The notes under the pieces are model-generated. The model ran no database searches. It had not been told where the DNA came from and saw only the letters and a program-made list of their open reading frames with translations. From positions 446,869-510,868 of the forward strand of contig CM074816.1 in NCBI GenBank assembly GCA_037447605.1: a stretch of 64,000 nt of DNA, written 5' to 3'. The translations under genes were made by a program, and so were the position numbers. Source of the stretch: Zygnema circumcarinatum SAG 698-1b. Lineage: Eukaryota; Plantae; Zygnematophyceae. Shown one piece after another: positions 1 through 25,839 of this stretch (within the stretch, counting starts at the first letter, position 1; the number at the start of each line of letters is the position of its first letter).

Positions 1-318
1 CACTGTATGGCTCACATGGGAAGGATGCATTCAAATCATGGTTCACATTATGGAAGACTTTGAAATTGAAACAAATCGATACAGCTCATCCAATCAATTC
101 CTTGAAACTAAACAAACGAAGGTACACACAACAGACACGTATGAAGCATTCAGGTTGATGGTTCAACTGTGGCTCTATTTATCAAGGCGCTGTACTATAT
201 AGTGCATACCATTCGATGAATAACCCCTTCACATCAAAGAAACGCTAAAGGTAGTACCGAAACAACCGTCCATCATGATCTGCAAGCAGATAACCCTCAG
301 CTTCGTGGTTCTGCTCAC

Positions 319-2382
319 CTTAATTTCCACCTGATTGAAGATTTTGCCATTGTAGACCCCAATCACGCTTCCGATCATTTCTGGCACAATGATCATGTTG
401 CGCAGGTGAGTGCGAACAGGCTCGGGCTTCTCGCCCTCCTCAGCCTCCCTCTTCTGCAGAGCAGAAAAGTAAATATTCATCAGCCTTTACACAGTGGATT
501 CCCCTCTTGCAGCTGAGTCATACACACAGCACACTCCTTGCACGCGCATAACGACAAAAGGATGAAATCCACGGCGCTCCGAGAGATGACTCCCTGCTGT
601 TGTGATCAAACTTCCATTTTACCAATACGAGGAGCATAGCTTGTTCCTTATCATTCCCTAAACTTTTATTTACTAGCCCCAACTTTACACTTCGTCCGAC
701 CATAATCTACGAGAGTGATCTGACTGTGACTTCGAGATGAGATGATTCAACAAGTCAGACACCAATATAGATTGATCTCTTCCGCGAAAAGCTTCACTAA
801 ACTAAATAGATACCCTAAGCGAAGCGGGTCCATCTCTCTGCCAGACCTCAATCCGTGCTACGCAATTATGACTGAAACCTTCTCCTTCCCTCGGCTAGGT
901 CGTGTTAATTTTGACATTTCTCGAAAAAATAAAGTTCGAAACCAGTACATGATTTCCATAATTTTTTTACATGATTACATGAAATCATGTGAACTAAGTG
1001 GCAAGTGCGAACAGTGCTGTTTTGAAACTAAACCTCGAACCGCCAGGCAAAGGTTGAGACGCCCTACGGTCATATACTCTCAGTTGCATGCGTTTCAGCA
1101 AGCTCAACACATCATCTAAAAACAAAGCCGCACATATTTAACAGTCACAATAAGAGCCCAAAGGAGACTCACCGCCTTCCTCAACTTCTTCATGAGGGCG
1201 AGAGGCTTCCTCTTCAGGCCCCTCTGAAACCTGCCAAAGAGAAGGGTAAAAAATGACAGTGTAAACAATACAGTTAGCGTCAAATGAATTGCGTCATGAA
1301 ACTAACCAGCCAAATCGACAAATGCAAACCCACTCTGGACAAGTATGAAAGTGACAACGAAAGGCTTGGTCTGGACTCTGATCATTCTGCAGCCCTTCGA
1401 TTCATCCTCAACCTCACATCCCGTCTATTCCTCCACACTCAAATGCATCTGCAACGGTTGATTCGCCACAATATCAAACCTAAATACCTGAGAACCCTTG
1501 CCAACAGCAGAGCAAACGACCAGTCACAATCTGAGCCCACAAGACATACAACGAAAACTCAAACCCCACTGCAATAGTATTGACTGCTTATAAACTACAA
1601 ACCTAAAAACATTCACCATAGAAATTTAGACGCTCTAGCAATAAATTCCGGGCGTGCATAGATGTGCCCAGGACTACAGCTCCGCTTACGAACTGTGCTT
1701 TTACAAATGAGCCTTTCTAACTCAATTCGAATTTACCAGTAATCAGCTTCTCATCTTTAACCATTCGGAAACGAACAAAACCCACTTCCTAAAAAAATCT
1801 AAACTCCTCGCGCAGTGAGAAACCCTAAACACCGAAAGCTGTTCGGTTTCACGCACCTTCTGCGAGCGCGAGCATGGAACAGCGTGACGAGCTCCTCATT
1901 GTTCATGTCCAGCAGCTGGTCCAAATCCACTCCTCGGAACGTAAACTTTCGGAACGTTCGCTTCTTGGGACCCTCGGCTGCCTCGACGTCCGCCTGCAGG
2001 AAGCCAGCGATGGAATTAATCAATTACTCATAACGATTCGACATCTGCAAAATTAGGGCATCGCAGTCTGCTCGGACACGTAACGGCCCAACGAACCCTA
2101 AAACTCTCCCTCGCTTTTCCTCTCCCCCCTCCCCTCCCCTCCCTCTCTCTCTCTCTCTCTCCCTTTCCCTCTGTCTACATCTTCCCCCCCCAGAGTCTGC
2201 AGCAGCAAACCCTAAAAACGGAGAATCCATTGAATGCCCAAAAAACTCTGCAGTACGAAACACCCAAACGGCTTAAGCACCAACGCCCTAATATCTAGCA
2301 CTGAGCGCGAGGAGGAGGGATCCAGAGGGAAGCTGCGGGCAGCCACGCAAGGCGGGGCGGGGGGGGAGGGTGGGCTAACCAT
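319..2382 (-). CDS. RPS15: 40S ribosomal protein S15 (uS19), 3'-partial. Exons about 2380-2382 (ATG only), 1857-1993, 1173-1230, 319-453; last exon lies left of the window
   Basis: Spliced translation M|[46 protein letters not shown]|[19 protein letters not shown]|[45 protein letters not shown] is typical eukaryotic S15. All junctions are GT-AG and frame-consistent. The ATG-only first exon is inferred. Confidence 0.96.
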
Positions 2383-2557
2383 GGCGCCGGGTGGGGTCGG
2401 AGAAGGGAGGGAGGAGGAGGGAACGAGGAAAGAGGACCATGGGGGGGCGCGCGCGGCGCATATGGGGGGGTCCGGGAAGGGTTCAGGGAGGGGCCGTACC
2501 GTACGGAGAGGGACGGTACAGTACTGTACCAAGGGTCCACTGTACAAATAGGGTTTT
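1820..2557. promoter_or_regulatory. Telo-box motifs (AAACCCTAA) around the RPS15 5' end
   Basis: AAACCCTAA at about 1820-1828 and 2207-2215, and TAGGGTTTT at about 2549-2557. Telo-boxes are an established feature of plant ribosomal protein genes; function here is inferred. Confidence 0.4.
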
Positions 2558-2784
2558 AGAAGTACATGCGGTCGGATGCTGGATGTACGGCTCGTACAAC
2601 AGAGGGGAGGCTGGATCCAAACCTGCATGGTTTTCGTACGGCATTTGGATGAAGTATGGAAGCAAAGTTCCTCGTGGTTTCCCATGTTGTTGCTCATGTT
2701 GTCCATGTACATCTGATGGCATCGCCATCATGAGATCAATGCCACATCATCTCCCCAATATGTACATACATTCTTAGGGTCGAT

Positions 2785-2872
2785 TTACACCCCTCTTAGG
2801 CTAGATAAACACCTTTTTTCGCCTGTCAGATTTTTAATTTGGGATTTTTAAGGGTTTTGGGGTAATTTTTAA
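2785..2872. mobile_element. Truncated copy of the MITE-like family seen at 15648-15755
   Basis: ACACCCCTCTTAGGCTAGATAAACACCTTTTTTCGCCTGTCAG...GGGATTTTTAAG aligns by eye with the left arm and middle of the 15.65-kb element; the right arm is absent. Confidence 0.45.
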
Positions 2873-3376
2873 GAGAGCAGTAGAGGGATCCCATCTCCTG
2901 ATTCGGTGAAAGCAAGGCGGAGCTGGCGAGGGGGCGCAGCTTGGGACATGGGCGTGGGGCGACTCGCACAATGCAGGCGGCAGGGGCTTTGGTTCTTAAG
3001 GGTTCAGGGTAGGAAACAGACCACCAGCACAAACCGGGGCTCCTTTTAGGAAAAAAAAAAAGAATAGAAAGAACAAGGTTTAAGAGATAAGGAAAGGTCG
3101 CAGTAATGACTTCATTTAACAAGCTTAAAAAAAAACTCAAAAGAACGCCCTACCCTTTCCGATATCAGTTCATCAAAACTTTCCCAAACTGAACTGAAAT
3201 TTGCTGCGCAGCCCTTCCTAGCCTACCTTAGCTATGCTCGGCGACAATTGCAAGAAAAGGAGACGCAAAGAATTGGAGACACTCGTAATAGACCAAAAGC
3301 TCGGCCATTCGCCCCCCTTCATATGTACACTGCGGATAACGACCCTAACAGCAATCCAATCAGACGAGGCCCTCTT

Positions 3377-13166
<9,790 letters not shown>

Positions 13167-15598
13167 CTGCAGAACAACAAGATTTGCAAGGTGAGAGGAG
13201 GAAGTAGATTCAAGAAGAAGCTACGTATGAAGCCTGTTACTGATGGAAATTTCCTTTGCCAGCGTTCTGCAATATCAAACGCTATCACACCTACACCTGT
13301 CCATACTCCAACGGTCAAATACAACCAATTAACGTCGTTTATTCCAGAAGAAGGCCCAGTAAAACCGGCAGGAAGAAAAAACCCACTAGCAGTATGTAGC
13401 AGGTTTTCTTCAATGTGATGTGAAAAAAAAAATTGCACTGTATATCCCAACTTCCAGACATCCGATGAGCCCTGACAGCCTAGAAAGCTCCCAAGCCCGA
13501 GAAGCGGATAGATCATAACACAGCAAGCTTGATTGACTGATCCTGAACTAGATGCACGCTTCCTTTCTCTATGGGAGAATTAGCCTTCTGACCCATGCTT
13601 AACCATAAGACTGTACACAATCCTAATACTAACTCCAACTCTATCTCTATCCCCTAACTTCATAAGCCTGATTGTGAACCTCAGCTAAAAACCTAACGTT
13701 AACCTTAACACTAACTCTAGATATGCAAACATGGCGATCGGAGTAACACTGTGTTTGGGGAGGTTATGATGAATAAGCTCGAGATTACCTGGCGGTAAAC
13801 TGCGGTTGTTCCAACTTGGTTGCGAAGTGCATTCAGATTCTCGATAAGGTGGTAAGGTAGGAACATATCTGGGGAGCAGGAATGCATCGCATGCGGTCTT
13901 TCGCTTTGATGAATTCTCCAATTCTGCCTGCAAGGCAAACAAAGGGACAGAGTTTTCATGCAATGTATCCTTCCTTCCACATGCCGCAAGAGAAACAATG
14001 GACACACGACATAAATCATTTGTTGTTCCTTTTCATGTTAACTGGCCCTCAAGGTGCGCATTGTTGGATTTCACTGACTTTCGAATCTAAAACGACCCCA
14101 AATGTGCCGTTTAAGAAGACAGATGTTTACAAATGATTGCTATCTCTAAAGCTTCCGAGTGGTTGCGAAAACGAAACGTCTAAAGCCCACTCTTGGGGCG
14201 GCTGAAAGAATTCGACCAAGCGAGAGAGAGGAAGAGGGGGGTGCGGGACGAGGGAGAGAGGGAAGGGGAATGGGAGGGACGGAGAGAGAGTAGACACAGA
14301 AGTAAAGACCGCAGTTTTTGGAACCGTATGCCCGTAGATAACCACAGAAACTGGAAAACCCTAAACTCTGCAAGCTGTATTCCTTGCTAGTTTGACATTG
14401 CTGTCATGGCCTCCTGTGACTCCAAGTACGAGCAAAGCGAGGAAACCAGCTGTAACTTGCCAGACTCGTCCGTCTGTGCATAATCAGAGAGTAGCATCTG
14501 CGGTCTGAATTTCTTGATTATTATGCACAATCTCATCGGTACGATTCTGGATTGTTCGTCCTTTGTGCAGAAACAACCAAACATCGACATCTTAGACTTC
14601 AACAAATCCGAAAGAGTACCCTGAAGCAGGGCTTCTCTTATCAGGGTGCAATCACGCCCAACGAAATCAATGACGTCTGCACTTCACTCCAGCAATGCAT
14701 ACCTCGGGGACTACAATCTGCTTGGGATTTTTGAAATTTTCGCCATTTATCGCTGTGAAACCACAACCCTCTTCCCGTTCCGGCAGCACGGATGTGCATC
14801 AAACCTTCCAAATTGATCAAATTCCTTCTTCAACAGACGTGCCCTCCAACGACTCCATGCTACTTTCCCTACAAACCCTAAAAGAGCCCTTCCTTCCTTG
14901 CCATTCGCCCGTTCACGCCGCAGGGGCCCCACGGCCTGCTCTCCTCTATATTCGGGCTCCCACTCCAGCCCCCCCTACATGGAAAACCTCTGAGAAGCCC
15001 TGAAGCAGCAGGCGCAGGTTAGTAGGGCGCGGCCGGCAGGCAGCCATGGCGGGCAGGCAAGCGCGGGGCCTTCCCCTCCGACTTTGGCGCCTCTTCTGCT
15101 TGAACGCATGGGCGGGCCAATTTTGGCGGGTGCCCGCACGTGTGAGGGGGAGGGGGGGTCGCAAGTGCGGGGCGCCAGCGGCGCGGCTGACTGCAGGCTG
15201 ACTGACTAGGACTAGGAGAGTCTAGTCATAGGCTTTTGGTCATTTCACCTATTTAGTCCCCACAATAATAGTCAGTATCGGTTGCGATATACTGATTACT
15301 CGTTTTCTGGTCAAACATTAGTCGCCTGTCAAATTGGTCAGTAACGATCGGGATATACTGACTAAGATCAGTTTGACCACATGGTGGAAAAAGCCAACTG
15401 GAAGTTTTGGCCGGGTGGCGAAACCGTTCCAACGGATACGGACGTTCCGAAGTGCCGATCTGACGGTCGAGGCTCGGCGGAGGAACACGTGGTACATCTA
15501 ACGGTCACCATCCTGATCATTATCGGGATGGTGATCCTTTCACGGTGTACCGTAGACAGTTACAGCGTCTTAAAGCACTGAACTGTAGCGCGTTCCTG

Positions 15599-15792
15599 TT
15601 AGCATAAGATACATAAGATAAAAATTAAGAAAATGCTATCTGCACACCTTCTTGTCTAGATACACACCTTTTTTTGGCGGTCAGGCTTTATTTTAGGATT
15701 TTTATGGTATTGGGGATTTTTAAGGTGTGTACCTAGATAAAAAGGTGTGTGCATAGTAATTCCCTAAAATTATCTTATGTATCTTATGCTAA
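15599..15792. mobile_element. Foldback/MITE-like element with nested inverted repeats
   Basis: Perfect 23-bp outer inverted repeat TTAGCATAAGATACATAAGATAA (15599-15621) / TTATCTTATGTATCTTATGCTAA (15770-15792). Inner imperfect ~32-bp inverted repeat (about 15648-15680 / 15722-15755). Confidence 0.7.
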
Positions 15793-16031
15793 AAGAGAAA
15801 ATGCAGAGGCAAAAAAGAGGGCTTAGCCCCGCCCTCAAAATGGGCTTAGCTCTCCCTGAGCAAAAGTACTGGCTCCGCCACTGTTTTTCATGGGAAGTAG
15901 AGCCCGGACAAAGAACTAAACAATGTACGTGATTCGGCGACTTGTGGAAGCCAAGCGAGCGGTGCAAAGTGTGGCAACTGCGCATCTTAGGACGTGGATC
16001 TCCTAGGGAATGGTTTGTTCATTGGTTTGTT

Positions 16032-16200
16032 CATACATACATACATACATACATACATACATACATACATACATACATACATACATACATACATACATAC
16101 ATACATACATACATACATACATACATACATACATCCATCCATATATACATACATGCATCCATCCATCCATCCATCCCTCCATCCCTCCATCCCTCCATCC
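16032..16200. repeat. Compound (CATA)n-(CATC)n tetranucleotide microsatellite upstream of PSAT1
   Basis: About 25 CATA units followed by CATC/CCCT units. Confidence 0.97.
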
Positions 16201-16485
16201 CTTCCTCTCTGCGGCTGCGTGCGGCCCGTCAGGGCAGGCCTCGGGACAGCAACGGAAGGTGACGCTGCTGACGCCACGTCACGACATTCATAGTGACGTA
16301 TGCATGTACGGCACGCATTAGACTCTTCCTGCGATGACGGCACTTATCCACGTGCACCCGTGCCGTACCAACAGTTTGTTTGGCAGCCGACTGTACGGAC
16401 TGCTGCAGGGCCGTTCGAAACTTTTACTTTTTGAAAGGCGGGGGAGGGAGGGAAGGAGAAGCTTCTGCTCGCTGCAGCGCCATCC

Positions 16486-21952
<5,467 letters not shown>

Positions 21953-22840
21953 AAGGGTCGATCTGGTGAAGGTAATGTGCCGATCGATGCCTTTCTATTG
22001 GTCGTGGACATCAGACAGTAAAGTTTAAATAAGCTTAAATAAGCTTGAATAGACGAGCTCGTGAACATGATACTTTTTATCGTTTCAATTGCCATGTAAT
22101 GAGAAAACGCATGGGCGGGAAGGTTGTTCTATGCAGCGTCCAGGATTAGGGTTAGGGTCAAGGTTTGGGTTCATGAGAAGAAGAAGGTGGGCTGCCTGTC
22201 CCTGAATGGAGGACTTTCTTTTGCATTTTGTTCAGCTCACTCTCCGTGCCAAGTGACTAGCCGCGGAGCATAGAGCGTGTCCCCTCACTATCATTTTCAC
22301 TGCTTATGTTTGAATTGTTTGGTGTAGGAGCATGGCCATTTCAAGCCATTGGTGGATCATTTTGAGAAATATTTCCAAAATGAAAATTAAAAAATGTTTC
22401 CAAAGGAGGTCATTTATGATTCGTGCTTTTTTGAGAGTTCCTATCTGTGTCGATGTTGAACCTCTCCTCTTGGTGTCAACCTCACGCCTTTCATTGCTTA
22501 GCAGCGTGCTCCCTCTTCTTCGTGGGACTGTGCGTGGCAGAGTGCCTGGACTCTCTAGTCACTTCACATGGCTTATTCTCACACATGCTTTGTCGCTTCA
22601 GGCAGATTTGAGCCACATGTTGAAGAAAAGCATTAGTTAGTCATTATCCATATTCCTCTCCGTGCCCACATTGTGCCCATGTTCCTGCACTCTGGGCGAG
22701 CTATGCATGTTGCAGCACTTCCCTTCAACATTCAACATTCAACACAGCATTATTCGATCCCAGGATGGCCTCTCCCTCGCTCCTCGCATTGTTTGCTGGC
22801 CGTGACAATGACAAGGGCCGCCTGCCTCGCTAGTAGGGTT

Positions 22841-22958
22841 GGGGGCACGGGGGCACGGGCATGCCCGGGGGGGGGGCATGCCCCCCATTTTTGACCGTCC
22901 GTGCCCGGGGCACGCCTCCAAAAATTTTCCCCATATATTTCGTGCCCCCCCGTGCCCC
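22841..22958. mobile_element. Small GC-rich inverted-repeat element (MITE-like remnant)
   Basis: GGGGGCACGGGGGCACG at the left and CGTGCCCCCCGTGCCCCC at the right; related GGGGCACG/CGTGCCCC motifs recur at 23170-23232. Confidence 0.4.
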
Positions 22959-23562
22959 CTGTCACGTGACGCTTACCTCGTACGACCGGGCCCGGGCCGG
23001 TGACGATTGTTGTGTTGAGTACTGTCCGTACTTTTCATAATTTCCGTACATTTGTACCGTTATTCGTACGTTTAGTACATTCATCTGTACTTTCCGTACC
23101 TTCATCCGTACCATTTTTAAAATATTATATTCTTTTTGGGGCCGATTTGAATTGCTCAATGCAGTCACGTCACGGGGCACGAAAAAGGGGCATGCCCCCC
23201 CCCCAAGGGGGGGGGGGGGGCACGTGCCCCTGGTACAGTTATGTACGAAAACCGTTGGGGGAACCTGAAGACCGGTACGGCTTAACGGCCGCCAACTGCC
23301 GCCTTACAGGACCATCGGTTTTTTGGGCGCCGACAAAAAAGGGTCAGCGAGGTCAATGAAGTTGCGCCGTAGTGGACTGCCACGTGTAAAGTGAAAAAAA
23401 AAGCGGCTGTCGTTTTGCGCGAGGCGGCGAGTCTCGAATTTGTCGTTTTGCGAGCGATTCCTGTTCGCTGTTCACGAGCTGTCAGAAGCAAGCCGAAGGG
23501 GGGGGAGGAAAGGAGGAAATAAGAGAGCCTGTTCAGTGATATTGGCTGAGTTTTAAGATTCA

Positions 23563-24903
23563 ATGGCGGCGCAAGACGCGCGTATGCTTTCCCTGAGCCT
23601 GGCTGCGCTGCCCGCCCTCCTTCTCGCGGCGCCCCTCGCCTTCGCTGCCTCCGCCTATCTCTTCTTCTCTGTTCGCAAGCTCCCTCCCGGATGGCAGCGC
23701 CTCGCAGCTTCTCTTCCCGTCCTCGCCCTCTACGCGGTGACTCCGCGTCTTGTTGATCCTTCCCGGGACACCATGGTCAGCGGCGTACTGTTCTGCGTGC
23801 TGACATGGCTCGCCTCCTTCCGCGTGCTTTCCTTCTGCTGGGCGGAAGGCATACTGATGGAGCCCTTCGCAAACCGCGATGTGCTGCGCTTCCATGCTTC
23901 CCTTTCCCTGCCCGTTCACGCTCGGCCCGCAGACTGGCAGCCGCGGAGGGAGAGGGGAAAGAAAAAGGATGCAGATTATGGGAAGGGTGTGCTGCAATGG
24001 CTGGTTGAAGCTGCGGATTCTGACACGTGGCCCGTTCTGATTGCTCGGAGCTGCTTCAAGTGTATCTGCTTGGTTGCAGTCTGCCAAGCTTACGACTACG
24101 AAGATCGCTTGAATGCTGTGACGCTGCAAGCTCTTTACGCTCTGAACCTTTTTCTCGTTGCAAGCTTAATTTGTGATGCTTTAGCAGCTGTCGTTCAGCT
24201 TCTGCTGGGAATGCCGGTAGAGCCGCACTTCGACCAGCCGTACTTGGCCTCCTCTCTGGAAGACTTCTGGTCGCGTCGTTGGAACCTTCTCATCAGCGGA
24301 CTGCTTAGGGATACCATCTACCATCCTCTCCTCCGCCTCTTAACCAGTCAGAATGCCGCGTCGGCTGCACTCTCTAATGGGAAAAGTAATGGTAGAACTC
24401 CAGCAAGCCACTTGAATGGCTCTCAACGTCCTAAAGACTTTAAACAAGAGACGGAGATGGAAGACGGAGAGGAATATGAATCTATGCAGAAAGGGGTTCA
24501 GGGGACTCTTCGCCACCGAGCTGCCGTCTTTCAGAGCGCGACAGTGGGCAGACCTTCCACGCGTGCAGCAGCCGCAACTGTACCACTTTGGGCGCGTCTC
24601 GCAGCGATGTTCGCAAGCTTTTTTGTTTCCGGGATCATGCATGAGCTTATGGTTTTTTATCTTTCCGGGAAAGTGACGGGAGAGATGACTGCGTTTTTCA
24701 CTTTACACGGCGTTGCCACTGCCTTGGAGGCGCTAGTGAAGTCGCTTATGAAGGGGAGGGCCGGCCTTCCGCGAGTGCTTGCGGTGCCGCTCACTGTGGG
24801 ATTTGCCTTTCTCACAGGGCAATGGCTCTTCTTTGCACCGCTTTTGTCTCTTGGATTGCACCAACAAGTTGTCAACAACATTCGCGACATTCTTGGGGCT
24901 TAG
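23563..24903 (+). CDS. MBOAT-family O-acyltransferase, wax synthase / ASAT1-like (copy 1, 446 aa, intronless)
   Basis: Single ORF with many hydrophobic helices, EPHFDQPYLASSLEDFWSRRWNLLISGLLR (conserved Asn) and FFVSGIMHEL (catalytic His), diagnostic of the plant WS/ASAT MBOAT_2 clade. Confidence 0.93.
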   Translation: MAAQDARMLSLSLAALPALLLAAPLAFAASAYLFFSVRKLPPGWQRLAASLPVLALYAVTPRLVDPSRDTMVSGVLFCVLTWLASFRVLSFCWAEGILMEPFANRDVLRFHASLSLPVHARPADWQPRRERGKKKDADYGKGVLQWLVEAADSDTWPVLIARSCFKCICLVAVCQAYDYEDRLNAVTLQALYALNLFLVASLICDALAAVVQLLLGMPVEPHFDQPYLASSLEDFWSRRWNLLISGLLRDTIYHPLLRLLTSQNAASAALSNGKSNGRTPASHLNGSQRPKDFKQETEMEDGEEYESMQKGVQGTLRHRAAVFQSATVGRPSTRAAAATVPLWARLAAMFASFFVSGIMHELMVFYLSGKVTGEMTAFFTLHGVATALEALVKSLMKGRAGLPRVLAVPLTVGFAFLTGQWLFFAPLLSLGLHQQVVNNIRDILGA

Positions 24904-25839
24904 GGCACTATTCCTGTCTCCTGCTTTTCTACTTCAGATGTGTCCTGGGAAGGTGTATTGTAAGTGATGGTGAGTGGAGGTGGAGACCATAAGGAGGAAT
25001 CGCAGGGCGTGGAGTGCAGGGAGGGGCGCGGTGATGCTTGAAGAAGCAGAAAGACGAAACAGGGACGAGGTTGTATTCTGAAAGCAGGAGCTCATCGGCA
25101 ACGACAAGGGTTCTCCCTGTGCTTCATGCTTCGCTGCTGCAGACTGAGAGAGGAAAAGGAGCGAGCGGCCTCTCTTTCCAAGTGAGTAGTCGCAATAACT
25201 GAGTCATATGTGCGCATTATCTGCACAAATTCCATCGTAAAACCGCAAACCACAACGCATGTACTGCGTCATCAAGGTCTGAGCCCGCTCGTGGTTTTTC
25301 GCACATCTCATCCTTCAAGCCTCGATTTGACAGGGCCGGCCGGGACCACCTCGTGGTTTCGCCTTCCGTTGACCGCCGTCAACCGCTGTTCGCCATTTTT
25401 CCAACCGTCCGCCGGCGGTTAGTCGGTTAATCGGCTAGGCGATTGGGCGGTCCCGCACTCCAGTCCAAAAAATATCCGTACTGCCACGTGGTGGAACAAC
25501 ACTTGGTGTACGGATGACCCAGATACGAACCTCTGGTTTTGTCGTCACTTTGCTTGTCGTTTTCTGCTGGACGACAGGAGTTCGCAGAGAGAGGGAGAGG
25601 GGAGGAGAGGCCGCGGACTGGCCATGGCGGGGCGGAGGTGGGGCTTGGGAGGCGGCGGGGGGAGGGGGGCAGAGGGAGAGGGAGGTCTTGGAGGGAAGGC
25701 GTTGTGCAGGTGGCCGGGAGAGGGAGAGGCGGGAGAGGGGCGAGGAGAGATGTAGCGAGGAAACCCAACTGCTTAAGGGAAGAGCAACGGCGTAGGGGGT
25801 GCAGAAGGTTTTGAAGATTTGGAAAAGTGAGGGCTCAGG

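Noticed and set aside
480-1850. Possible intronic snoRNAs in RPS15
   Set aside because: No properly spaced C (RTGATGA) and D (CTGA) box pair found by eye on the sense strand; a snoscan/Infernal run would be needed to exclude them.
15942-16343. HTYI/MYVC-repeat ORFs
   Set aside because: Translations of the (CATA)n microsatellite.
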